NCBI RefSeq assembly: GCF_037042905.1
Contig: NC_087251.1
Coordinates: forward strand, 12,898,001-12,962,000
Length of the DNA: 64,000 bases
Source of the DNA: Lytechinus pictus
Taxonomy: Eukaryota
Direction: 5' to 3'
The translations under genes and the position numbers were made by a program. Within the stretch, counting starts at the first letter, position 1, and every line of letters begins with the position of its first letter. The notes under the pieces were generated by a model. That model made no database searches. It was not told where the DNA came from and was given only the letters and a program-made list of their open reading frames with translations. This document shows positions 1-12,338 of this stretch, one piece after another.

Positions 1-639
1 CTTTTGATTTTAGAGACAATGGACAATTGATTACAATTTTTTCGGAGGGATGAGCAGCTGAGTGTAAAATATGTATGTAGCATTGTATGTAATTTATTAC
101 AAGTATCAAGAAGGATAAAAAATTAAGCTTTAATATATTCTATCAGTTTTCAATGCATTTATTAGATTTGTATACATACATTGTATATCAAAGGCCCTGT
201 TTGAGCTCTCTTTTTTAAGAAAAATAAATAAATTCAGATTCTAGAGTGAAATCACTGCACATAAATGTACACATTTTTTACACATACTTCCATATTATTA
301 TGAAAAAAAGATTTTGTAGAAAAGAACTTAACAATCCAAACTTACCAATCTCCCCATGGATAGACTTGAAAGGCACCAAATTATTAGTTGAAGCAAAAAG
401 AAAAGGAAAAGAGTGGTCTGTTTCTTTCAAAACAAAACAACCAGGAAAAACAGATATCAAAGCTACAAAAACAGACATCAAAGCTCCAAACAAACACAAC
501 AAGAGAAACAAAAGTGACACAAAAACTTGTACCAATCCCATCCCCATTTTCCAGTTTAAAACACAACCCCCACCTGCACCCCTAACAAAACAAAAAAAAA
601 TTAATAAAATAGAGAAAAAAAATCATAAATACAGGACTT

Positions 640-1405
640 AGACCCATCTGGAAATGAAATATTCTTTCTTCTGAGTTTTCATGTATTTTCTTACAAGAGT
701 GAAAAAAAAAACCAACAACAACAAAATAAACAACATAGTTCTTGTATTTTAATTAAAAAAAATCAACATTTAAGATATTCCCCTTTCAAAAGCAAATCCA
801 GTGTCCAAATAATGAAACATGATAAAAAAAAAAGAAACTACAAAAAATTAAAAAAGAAACCAAAAAATAAACAAAAAATAAATAAACAACAAAATGTTTG
901 TATTTTAATTAAAAGTCAAGTGAAGTCAACATTTATGACATTCCCCTTTCTAAAGCAAATCCAGTCTCAAAATAATGAAACATGATTGAAAAGTTTCCAA
1001 ATATATATTTTTTCCTACAAAAGAAAAAAATAAATACTATAGATTTTGCATTTTAATTTAAAAGTCAACATTCATTGATATTCCACTTAAAAAAGAATCC
1101 AGTTTCCAAATGATGAAAAATGATTGAACAATCAACCACCTTGACTCTTGACTTGGGAAGAAGAAATATTTTTGTGACAAAATGTACAGGTATTAAAATC
1201 AATATCAGAATAATAATCTACGGTATAATAACATAAATTTTCAGAAAAAGGCACAATATTATGAAGTAACAAACAATTCAGATCCAGTCCAATCCAGCAT
1301 GAACAACTCACTATCGACCGCTCCCGTCACCCAGCCCTCCACATCGGGTAGCTAGACTGCCGAGAGACCGGCGGGAGCCCACCGCATCGAGTAAGAGTTT
1401 CTAGA
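640..1405 (+). repeat. Degenerate tandem repeat (3 or more units) followed by a GC-rich terminal segment, possibly another HINE-like family
   Basis: tcaacatt...attcccctttc.aaagcaaatccagt..c.aaataatgaaacatgat near 763, 926 and 1066. Confidence 0.5.
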
Positions 1406-1490
1406 ACATATTTGAATTTTGAATATGATGAAGTTATTATAAAGTGTACACTATTTTGTATGTGAAATGTATGTGAAATAATTTTTTCCA

Positions 1491-2054
1491 TAAAGGAAAC
1501 CAAAAGCGAAGAAGCGAAGCAATCTTACTGGAAAAAGTAAAATGAGAGGAACAATTTGAAACAAGTTTCATCATAATCGGTTGATAGATAAGCAAGTTAT
1601 GGACGTTTGAAATGTCTTGTTGCACTTTCTATGGGGATCCTTGAATTGACCACCATGCTTCAGAATTGCAGATTTTGTGGACAACTCTTCATTTGTTTTG
1701 TACACAAATTTTCAGATTTTCCCCATTATCTTTCAAATTGCACCTTTCCTCCTGAGCATATGTCATGGGCAAATGTTATTCACACGGCATATTTTACGGT
1801 CAGAAGGAGATGTGGAATATGTGAAATAAAGGGAAAAATTTGAAGAGTTGTCCACAAAATCAGCCATTTTGAAGCATGTTTGCCAATTTGAAGATCCCCA
1901 TAGAAAGTACGAGACTTTTCAAAATTCCATATTATATAGCTTACAGCTTATTCTATAGCTTTTTCTACAGTATAACAGATTTTGATGAAACAAGTTTTAG
2001 ATTGCTCCACTCATTTTCTGATAAGATTCTCTCCTTGTATTTTGGTTTCCTTTA
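1491..2054. mobile_element. Degenerate foldback MITE
   Basis: taaaggaaaccaaa ... tttggtttccttta; internal IR ttttgtggacaactcttca / tgaagagttgtccacaaaa. Confidence 0.7.
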
Positions 2055-2109
2055 GTACACTGGGGGTTAATGAGGTGTCAAGATGTTGTTGACTCGTATG
2101 GTAGAATAA

Positions 2110-2948
2110 GGCCGTGTTTATGCTTCCACTTTTCAGGCCACAATCAGCGTTTCCAAACGTGATTAGTCCAAAACACGGTTGCGTCCATTCTTACTTTCAT
2201 TTAAACGCTGTTTCAAAACGCCGATCGTAAACTCACAAAAAGGTGCGTTTGTAAACGTCGTTCGACCAGAATCAGGCTTTCTGGGGTGGTATAAACAGAA
2301 CCACGATAGTAAACGTGTTTAAATGACGTCATTTGGTACATGCTTCCGGTGAGATGAAAATCCGCGGGCAAATACAGTCACATTGCTCCATGGTCGCATG
2401 TTACCTCCACGGAATTACCTCTCATCAGCTCTCATCTCCCTTGTTTTGCATTAGTACTATTACTAGTATTACTCTTCCAATTTGTCATCACGATGAACGT
2501 TGAGGGATTTACACCAAAAAATAACCTGGAACATGAGTTATAATGAGGAGACATCGCAAGATGCCCCAGTAGCATAAACAAATAGATATTTTATTATTTT
2601 GTATACTTAATATTCTTTTTTTTTTTTTACTATTATCCTCACCATGGTGGAAATTATATGGCTATATCAAGAAGCTCTATGCAATGACTAAAATATCGGA
2701 AATTGTTCGATGTTTATATAACAGTCGACGTACCTTCCCCATAACAACACTCGAAAAAGGGCACGCCCAATTTGACCTCGTTTTCCTGCTCAACAAAAAT
2801 TACGATGTGAAGCCAGCTGGAGATCGTGATTTCGCCTCTGAAAAGTTAAGCATAAACAGCACTCCCAGAACCACGTTTACGATTGGCGTTTTGGATCGAC
2901 GTTTGAAAACGCTGATTCTGTCCTCACAATGGAAGCATAAACACACCC
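2110..2948. mobile_element. Harbinger-like MITE
   Basis: About 50-bp imperfect TIR gtgtttatgcttcca...aatcagcgttt; CpG-rich interior. Confidence 0.75.
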
Positions 2949-4129
2949 TTTAGTATACCCAGTTGTGGTGTGTCCGGACAGGTTGTGTGTGCTTACGATC
3001 AATTTTAGAAAGTCATTTGGAAAAAGTTCAGCAATTTTTAGCACAAAATGATAAAAAATATTATAGAGAACAAAATAGAAGATGACTACAAATATTGAAT
3101 TTATTCTTAGTGTAATCCAAAGACAAAAAAGGAGGCTTCAAAAATATAAAATGTCCAGACACCCGACCCCCTATCCTATGCCTATATTGTATGCTATATA
3201 AAGAGGATTTAAAAAACTCAGTAAGTTGATGATAAATAACGTGATAGTTTCACTGGCATACAGAATGGGGTTGGTGGGCTTAGGGGCCATTACCCCACCA
3301 GAATTTTTTTCAACCCCCCAAAAAAAAGAGGAAGGGAAAGAAATTAAAAGGAAAGAGTGAATTACTATTTTCTGAATATTACGTCAAATTGTATCCAAAA
3401 TTATTTTTTTGTATTAGAAAAGGCAAATTTTTGCTCGCTCGCGCACTTTGCTCGCTTGCAAATTTTAGAATGTTTCCTCCACCTGCCATATCTGCCCACT
3501 CAAAAGTTTTGGCTCATCATGCCACCTTAATACATGTACATGTATATTAATTTTCACATCTGTGTCAACTTATTTGATTAATTTAATTCTGGCATATTAA
3601 TCTTTTGTGTCACCTGAAAATAGTGGCGTTAGCCTGGCCAGGGATGTTAAAGTCTAAATAATATAGGCCTACATGATATCCTGTATGAATGTATTATTTC
3701 GACTGTCTAAATCTGGTCACCCGACTCCTTGGCTCTGTAACACATACTGTACATGTAGGTTTGCAGTGGATAGCAAGTATGAAAGAACATCGTTCATTTG
3801 TTCTCAGTCATTGAATTGAACAAAATGTGCCCAGGAGCCCCATAACAAACAAACTTGATTGGCCATTGGTAATTGATTGCAACCTTTTTTGTTCCAGATC
3901 TTTATTTTCTGTCAATGTTATTTCTCCCTTTTGGGGTCAAAAGTCTTAGAGGTGAGTGTAAGAACTTTTGTTATAAACATAGATCATCTCATAGCAGTGA
4001 CTATGATCTACATGTAGATTATTATAGGGTAAGAAAGGTCAAAGATCAAAGAAGTCTTGTGTTTTTTTGTGTTTGCTGAAAGAAGTTTGCCAGAAACCTA
4101 ATAAATACTTTTCCCCGTTGGTCTGTTAA

Positions 4130-4510
4130 GGCGATGCTGCACCATCCAGAGTTTGCTCAATCTCGAGATTTTAGCCCGATCGACCCTCTTCGCGATTAAT
4201 CTCGAGATTCAAGAAACCCCGTCTCCATCATCGCAAGAAGAGCGATTCCTGCTTGAGCGAGGCATCGATGCATTATTGTCTGACGCCGTGAATAAATAAT
4301 CCCGAGTGCGTCTGCACCTGCGAATTAGCGCGATAATTCGTAAAATAGCGTGCTATTTTGCAAATAATCCCAAGTTGACTTGGGATTGCAATCTCGAGAT
4401 TAATCCTACGAACTAGCGCGATAATTGCGTCTCCATTACAAATAATCTCAAGATTGTTCAGATCGGGATAATTTGCCGGATTAGTAAACTCGGGATGGTG
4501 CAGACGGCCC
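4130..4510. mobile_element. Harbinger-like MITE
   Basis: ctgcaccatccagagttt ... aaactcgggatggtgcag; internal aatctcgagatt palindromes. Confidence 0.72.
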
Positions 4511-4849
4511 TTTAGTCTGTTGGTATTTTGTTCAACCTGTATTTCTGCTTCAATTATGTTGACACTTCGGACATATGATTCTTGGACAATACCACAGGTG
4601 TGTTCATGGGGGATAGGGTCAAAGGTCATCAAGGGGTCAAAAGGGCAAATGGTATGAGGTCATCCCTTATCTGAAGTTTTTGTTCAACTTGCTCTCATTT
4701 CTTTATTTCTGCATCAATTATGTTCATACTTGGTTAAAAATGATCCTTGTCTAATACCAAATGTGTGTTCATTAGGACGATGGGGTCAAAGGTCATCTAC
4801 AGGTCAAAAGGTAAAATGGTATGAGGTCATGTCCATCCTTTTTTTGCAG

Positions 4850-6188
4850 TTTTTGTCTCACCTGCATAGCAGAGTGAGACTATAGGCGCCGCTTTTCCAG
4901 CGGCGGCGGCGTCAACACCAAATCTTAACCTAAGGTTAAGTTTTTGAAATGACAGCATAACTTAGAAAATATATAGACCTAGTTCATGAAACTTGGCCAT
5001 AAGGTTAATCAAGTATTACTGAACATATTGCCTGAGTTTCAGGTCACATGAGTAAGGTCAAAGGTCATTTAGGGTCAATGAACTTAGACCATGTTGGGGG
5101 AATCAACATCAAAATCTTAACCTACATGTAAGGTTAAGTTTTTGAAATGTCATCATAACTTAGAAAATATATGGACCTAGTTCATGAAACTGAGGTTAAT
5201 CAATTCTTACTAAACATACTGCCTGAGTTTCACGTCACATGACCAAGGTCAAAGGTAATGTAAGGTCAATGAACTTTGGCCAAGTTGGGGGTATTTGTTG
5301 AATTACCATCATAACTTTCAAAGTTTATTGGTCTAGTTCATAAAACTTGGACATAAGAGTAATCAAGTATCACTGAACATCTTGTGCGCATTTCATGTCA
5401 CATGACCAAGGTCAAAGGTCAATGAACTTTGGCCATAATGGGGATATCTGTTGAATTACCATCATAACTTTGAAAGTTTATGGATCTGACTCATGAAACT
5501 TGGACATAAGAGTAATCAAGTATCACTGAACATCTTGTGCAAGTTTCAGGTCACATGATCAAGGTCAAAGGTAATGTAAGGTCAATGAACTTTGGCCAAG
5601 TTGGGGGTATTTGTTGAATTACCATCATAACTTTGAAAGTTTATTGGTCTAGTTCATAAAACGTGGACATAAGAGTAATCAAGTATCACTGAACATCCTG
5701 TGCGATTTTCAGGTCGCATGACCAAGGTCAAAGGTCAATGAACTTTGGCCATGGGGGGGGGGGTTATCTGTTGAATTACCATCATAACTTTGAAAGTTTA
5801 TGGATGTGATTCATGAAACTTGGACATGAGAGTAATCAAGTATTTTTGAAAATTTCGTCCGAGTTTCAGGTCACATGACCAAAGTCAAAAGTCATTTAAG
5901 GTCATTGAACTTTGGCCATATTAGAGGTAATTATTAGATTGCTCTCATACCTTTTAAAGTTTATAGATACATGTATAGTGTATAATATGTGGATATAGGG
6001 GTAATCAAGTTTCACTGACAAGTTTTAGGTCACATGATCAAGGTCAAATGTCAATGAACGTAGTATTGTATCATTATATGAATGGTGTTTTTTGTGACTA
6101 ATTATTTGATAGTAGTTTTCAAAGTCAGCACTGCTGCTATATTGAATCGCGTGATGCAGGTGAGACCGCCAGAGGCATTCCACTTGTT
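4850..6188 (+). mobile_element. Helentron-associated (HINE/DINE-1-like) non-autonomous element with internal tandem array, copy 1
   Basis: T-run start; 5' subTIR gtctcacctgca with short IR gagtgagac; (CGG)n; about 120-140-bp tandem units; 3' subTIR tgcaggtgagac; ends ccacttgtt. Class assignment is inferred from architecture. Confidence 0.75.
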
Positions 6189-7268
6189 GTTCAATTTGCT
6201 CTCATGTCTTCATTTTCTCCATCATCGATTATGATTACACTTATTTATCTCACACGGTAATAATACTGATTATTTGGTAAAAATACTGATTTGGGGGGAT
6301 AAGAATACTGAAAATGCAAAATACAACTTGGCAGCTCTGCACTTGGTACAAATGATCCTTACAATTCTTATTTCTTTGTGTTTACACTTGGTATAATACA
6401 ATCCTTGGGTAATACCCCATGTGTGTTCATGAGGATGATAACGTCAAAGGTCATCTTGGGGTCAAAATATCATATGCATATTTAATTGATCGCGAAATCA
6501 GGCAAGACTCATGTAAAATGTCCTTGAATGAAATTAAAAATCTGATTCATGCGTATATGTGGGAATGACAATCTGATTATAATTTCCAATATATGACAAT
6601 GTTAGGAGTGAAATGTGCAGGCCTGCATGTTTTATTCTTTTGGCAATGCCGGACAACATGGGGCAAAATCACATGGGGGAGGGGGGGGGGGGGCTTGGGG
6701 CGAAAACGCCCCAGCAATGCTCAAAAGAGCACTGGTAATTCAAAAGGGAGCCGTAGAAAACTTACATTCATTGCAATGTTATATGTTGCATATCTAGGCA
6801 GTAAGTTGTGAAAAGAATAGCCCCCAATATAATTTTTTTTTTTTTTTTGGCCTGACAGACACACACTGTAGACTGTGGGCAGTGAAGCACCCTTCCATGC
6901 GTCTTGACTTAGGTATTGAGTGGTAAAAATGTACTTGAGGAGGGTGAGCATAACATAGCACCCTGACATTAAGTTAATCTTGATAACAGCAGGTCAAATT
7001 AGAAACATACTAAGGTTTTGTTAAAATTTGTTCCAGAATAATCAAGTTACATATAGGCTTACTTTCAAATTTCTCATTTTGTGATGTCACATGCGAGCAG
7101 CTCCCTCATATGTCTTGTGCAGAGCTGCCAACCATTACGTTTTTGCCGTAATCATTACGTTTTTTCATTCAAATTACGGCATTCTGGTTTTTCTTTTCAA
7201 ATTACGTTTTTTGACAATTTTGATAATGTGTGTACATAATTGTATGTATGTGGAGTGCGTGTTGAGCC

Positions 7269-7302
7269 CACTGAACTAGAAATACGTATTTCTAGTTCAG
7301 TG
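7269..7302. mobile_element. 34-bp perfect palindromic micro-insertion with 8-bp TSD
   Basis: gttgagcc|CACTGAACTAGAAATACGTATTTCTAGTTCAGTG|gttgagcc. Confidence 0.8.
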
Positions 7303-7309
7303 GTTGAGC

Positions 7310-7590
7310 CCGAGATGAGCCTGGTATTTGCGCGTGCGTAGTCGCCCGCCGGCCGGTTTTCCAACGCACTTTAATAATTTGATAGCGTGCACCTACATAT
7401 ACGTTAGTTGAATATGCGAGCGGCATGCATGGTACGAATCGCGATGTATAGCGACTGGTAAATACGTCTGTAAGGATGATGACGTCATCCAAGATGGCAA
7501 CTTACGATGACAAACGAAAGGATCGAGGATGATATGTTTTGATCATCATTTGAAAGGAAATAACAGTAACTGCGGTCTAAGGTACGATAT
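7310..7590 (+). promoter_or_regulatory. CpG-rich promoter-like segment with a full CRE and YY1-like motif
   Basis: GATGACGTCATC at 7478-7489 directly followed by CAAGATGGC at 7490-7498; possible donor AAG|gtacga at 7582; lies inside a TE, function unproven. Confidence 0.4.
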
Positions 7591-7861
7591 TTCTGAATTT
7601 TATATATTTTATCTTAAATTTGCATGTAATTTCTTTCCTATAAAGTGATGTTTTATGTACAAAAAAACGATCCGAAAATCAGATTTCAGAATTTAGATCT
7701 AACGTTACTGCTAATACGTTGTCTTTACGCACGGGCCAACACTCTTCAGGTGATCGAGCCAACGTTTGTTCTTGCAGCGCAGAGCGAGGAGTACGATGAA
7801 TTGGATAGGGTAATTCCCAAATGTAGTAAGAGAAGAGTCCATTTGTAATGGAGGGGGATTT

Positions 7862-8411
7862 CCCGGGTGGGCCACTTACATTGACGAGTGGATACCATGC
7901 GCGACCAAAAAAACACGTAAAAAGGATGTCTTTTTTACGATAGGGCACGTTACGTACGTACGTGATAAGGGTGTCAAAAACACAAAAATAATGAAAAAAG
8001 GGTATCTATTTCGCTAGGAAAATTACGTGTTTAGGGTCGAATTCGCGGGGATGATAAAACAAAATTAAAACGTTTTATAAAGGATGTCCTTTTTGCCCCA
8101 ACACTTCGTGTTTAGAGTCCGATTTGCGCGAGGTGTAGAAGGTGGGGTCGTACTAAACCAAATAAGGTAAAGCCGACGACCGAAGGACCCGTAACAATAA
8201 AACATTCCTGTACTTGTTTAGGGGTTCATTTCAGGGAACATTTGCCAAGAGTATCGTTTTGTTACCAATACTTGTTAAGGGTAGGGTTTCACACGCCAAT
8301 ACTTGTTAAGGGGCGCATTTTCAGAATATAGAAATTACGTGTTTAGGGTGCTTTTCGAGACCCAATGGTCGCGCATGGTATCCACTCGTGAATGGAAGTG
8401 GCCCCCCCGGG
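7862..8411. mobile_element. MITE with about 46-bp TIRs and 8-bp TSD, nested in 7120-9792
   Basis: ggggattt|cccgggtgggccacttacattgacgagtggataccatgcgcgacca ... tggtcgcgcatggtatccactcgtgaatggaagtggcccccccggg|ggggattt. Confidence 0.88.
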
Positions 8412-9960
8412 GGGGATTTGGAGGTTTGAGGGAAATTATTATTCCATTTGCAAAATTTTACAAAAATACTCATCATATATATTAAAGATTGAATCATCAA
8501 AAGATATTTTTCATATACTTTAAAATTAATTGTTGTGATAAAGAAATGACATTTTGAGGCTATTTTCTTGAATTGATTAATATCAATTCCCTTCGGATAA
8601 CGGTACTGTCTGGTTAATTTTCATCAACTCGTAATCGTATTAAACAAATACGATCAATTCGGCTTTGAAAAGACCTGGAAAGCTCTTCATTGTCCCTTGA
8701 AGTAATAATTCTGGGTGATATTCAACATTTATTGATAGTTTCACATGATTTATACTAGAGAGATGTCCTACTGCCTTTGGAATTCATTAAAAAAGTCGGC
8801 ACTTTAGCATTCAGTTTAGCAGGAATGGGAAGATTTCTTCCCCGGTTCTGGCGGCCTAGATGTCTGCTCTATAGTGCCGTCAGTGCTGGTGATGATTGAG
8901 TGTGCGTGCAGTGTGATTGAGGCTGAGCTGTGCACATCGTGAAGTGATTTACGATGGGACTTTTGTGGAATGATTTCAACTTCTTATCTATAGATCTATT
9001 TGAATTTTAGATTAGATTGATTTATGAATAATTTTTCTATATTTGTGGAATGTTACATGTACACTTCCATTTTATGACACTTTAATTTTAAAGGGTACTG
9101 TTTGGCAAAAACAATGTTACTTGGGAAGAGAAGTCTGAATTGATGTCAACTTTTTTTTATTATTTCTCTTAGTCTACAATTTGGTAGTTTTGTCAGGAAA
9201 CTCAACATAAAACAATTAATTATTTTAGAAGTGGAAAGGAAGCCCCAGAAAAATGGGGCCCTAAAAATGTTCACCAGAACTGATTTTGGTGCCCCTGAAA
9301 GAATTTTTTCTCGACAGATCTTCACTTTGATAAGTGCTGGAGTAGGTTGCACTACAAAATGAAAGGCCTACTTGTCATTTTTAGAAAAATTTGCCTAGGT
9401 GCCCATTTGACTAGAATAAAAGTGGCCTTCATGTCCTTTAGAATGGCCTTGATACCCCTTGAAATTTTGGGGCATCCAAGGCCACTTTGCCGGTTGCCCC
9501 AAGCTGAAAGTGCCCATTTGAAAATGGCCTTGCCCCTCTCAATTCTTAATTCAAGCCCTGCTACTGACTTAATTAAAATAAGGGTCCAATTTGTAACGCT
9601 CCGTTACTTAGCCCAGACTAGGCCTAGAGATTAACTTTTTTTAAATTGTTCACTGCATACATACTTTTTGCATTGGATGTTTGTCGCATGTGGTTTTAAG
9701 GTTCGTTTTAACACATTCCTTTTTTTTGTTGGAAATTCCTTTTTTTGGCCATAATGATTCCTTTTTTTGCTTGCACAAGGTTGGCAGCTCTGCTTGTGAT
9801 GCAAACTTCATAAAATTCTACTTTCTCATATAATTGAAAATAGTTATACATGCAGAGAATTTGTCAGTCATCTTGAACTGAAAAAAAGCAACCAATGGAC
9901 TTATTACATAACCCATCGGGCAGCTGCTATAAACCCATACATGTATATGATGTCGCAAAA

Positions 9961-10540
9961 TTAAAAGGCAAGTCCACCCCAGTAAAATATTGATTTGAAT
10001 AAATAGAGAAAAATTAAACTTGCATAACACTGAAAATTTCATAAAAATCGGTTGTAAAATAAGAATGTTATGGCATTTTAAAGTTTCGCTTATTTTTCAC
10101 AAAGTGATATGCACAACTCTGTGACATGCAAATGAGTCAGTCGATGATGTCCATCACTCACTATTTATTTTGTTTTTTATTGTTTGAATTATACAATATT
10201 TCATTTTTTTACAGATTTGACCATAGGGACCGACTTGACTGAATCATATAGTATTAAACAATGCTAATTCCACATGTTCAGGGAGAAACTAATCACTGTT
10301 TCACTTGACAATGAGAAACAAAATACAAAAGAAATAGTGAGTGGATGATGTCATCAGTCTCCTCATTTGTATACCAACCAGGATGTGCATATAACTGTTT
10401 TGTGAAATTAAGCGAAACTTTAAAATGTCATAACTTTCTTATTTTACATCCGATTTTGATGAAATTTTCAGTGTTATGCTTGTTGGATTTTTTACTTTTT
10501 ACTCATATTATTTTTTTATTGGGGTAGACTTGTCCTTTAA
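9961..10540. mobile_element. TTAA-flanked MITE
   Basis: ttaaaaggcaagtccacccc ... ggggtagacttgtcctttaa; inverted homologue of 32024-32579. Confidence 0.82.
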
Positions 10541-11946
10541 AACTGGAAAAAAAATTTCGATCATAACTTGGTTCTACTTTGTTGGATTTTCCCCAAACCA
10601 CCAAATTTCTGCATTCTTTTACTAAAATCAGCCTTCTTCCTCGATTCTACCGATTGATAATAGACTGTACTTTGGTGTTGTAAGTGCAATTGTGCAAACT
10701 GTTATTGTGGTTTTACATGTAATTGGTGTTAAAATTAATGCATGTCTGGTAACCAGACAGACAAGGTTGCCAGGTGAAAGGTCACAACATGCATGTAATT
10801 TACACTGTACATGTGTGCATGGAGAAGAATTACATGTACACTGTACTCTGAAACCTGATTCACATTAAATGCGAGAATCATACCATAATAGAACTTGCTA
10901 ATCCATCAAGGATGGAAGACAATACAGACTGACCTAGGAATACTGGCATTCCCAAGGGCAACATGCCCCAGGCCCCTGGGCCAGAGCTAGCTGGTATTAC
11001 AGAACCCAACCAACCAGAACCCTTGGAGTCCCTGGAAACAGATCCCAAACAATATAACGCGCCAGTTTGGTTCTAACCGGTCACTTGATCCTGCACTGTC
11101 TACATTGAAGCAGGGGACCCTAGAATTGTACAGACAATAAATACAACCCTGGGAAAGTTAGGTGTTTTCCTGCTTGCTTGCATATGCTGTTTAGTGCATG
11201 TACTGTGCTAACGGCAACAAACGTTATGTATGGTTTTTGCACAATCATATCATATCATGTGTATGTATGTATACACTATTTAGTAGATTGTGTGTAATGC
11301 ATGATTGTGCTTGTTATATTGGGAAATAATGTAAAATAACATGAATACGTGTAGGCCTATAAAAGTAGACCTACATGTACTTGTACATTGCAGATAATGG
11401 AATTGTTGAAATTTTACTATAAAAAATAGAGTAAAAATATTGTTACAAGAGTATTGATATTTTTTATTCTTCAAATTCCCCCCCCTATTTACTGCTACAA
11501 AGTGAAAAGTTCTGTTTCAATTAAAAAACAAATCATAGGGTGTATGTAGGCCTACATGTACATGTAGGCCTACTATAATTACTCTAAATTTGAATAAGGT
11601 TTTGAAAGAAAATGCTACTGTATCTGCACATTCCTTATCCACATGTCAATTCCTGAAAAGAGTTCAATCTCAGTTATACATTGAAAAAAAAAGACGTACA
11701 TGATTTATACATTTTTTTCAGTTTACAAAAATCATGTTGATCAATAAACATATAAACAAATAGATGAATTAATACTGCACACTGATAAATGAATGAATTA
11801 CAGGAATAAATAAATAAATTGATTAGTGATATATGAATAAATAAATAAATGAATACTTGATACATTATAACATGATGTCTATTCATTGAATAAACTGTAA
11901 AACATCCTTTCCTTATTTGATCAAAATGTGTGAAGATTGCTCATTA

Positions 11947-12338
11947 AACTGGGTTCCAAAATAAACTTATCAAACTGCACAAGCGCACTACACAAATTCC
12001 ACTCAGTCAAAATGAACAAAATTTTGACATGGGCTAGCTTCAATAATCTTTACTAAACACATGTCCAAAAAGAGATATGGTTTAATCACAAAGAAGCTGT
12101 AGGCTGTAGCCCCTCAAATCGATTGGTTCTGGAATCCAGTCACAAAATGGCAAAAGAAAAACCATTGAAAATGAGATTGAATTACTTTGTGATTAAACCA
12201 ATCTTTTAATTATTGACATGTGCTTTATTAGTAGAGATTATTGAAGCTAGCCTGTGTGAAAATTTTTGTTCATTTTGACTGAGTGGAATTTGTATAGTGC
12301 GCTTGTGAAGTTTGGTAAGTTTTTTTTGGAACCCAGTT
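11947..12338. mobile_element. Foldback MITE, near-complete hairpin
   Basis: aactgggttccaaaa...aaattccactcagtcaaaatgaacaaaa / ttttgttcattttgactgagtggaattt...ttttggaacccagtt. Confidence 0.85.

Larger units (their letters stand above)
7120..9792. mobile_element. 2.67-kb TIR element with 14-bp TIRs and 6-bp TSD
   Basis: cttgtg|CAGAGCTGCCAACC ... GGTTGGCAGCTCTG|cttgtg; left end homologous to 30603-30984. Confidence 0.8.

Noticed and set aside
246..641. 131-aa Lys-rich ORF
   Set aside because: A-rich low-complexity sequence; no domain or splice support
4273..4632. 119-aa minus-strand ORF
   Set aside because: Straddles a MITE boundary and a tandem repeat; no recognisable motif
4900..6060. Regular repeats resembling a CRISPR array
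   Set aside because: Whole units are homologous with no unique spacers; eukaryotic context; no cas genes
7494..7581. ATGs after the CRE as the MSK start codon
   Set aside because: Two frames stop within 13 codons; the third reaches the donor in phase 2, incompatible with exon A
10963..11076. GC-richer 37-aa ORF (MPQAPGPELAG...) as MSK exon 1
   Set aside because: Ends in TAA, has no convincing phase-1 donor and no MSK similarity; a UTR exon cannot be excluded
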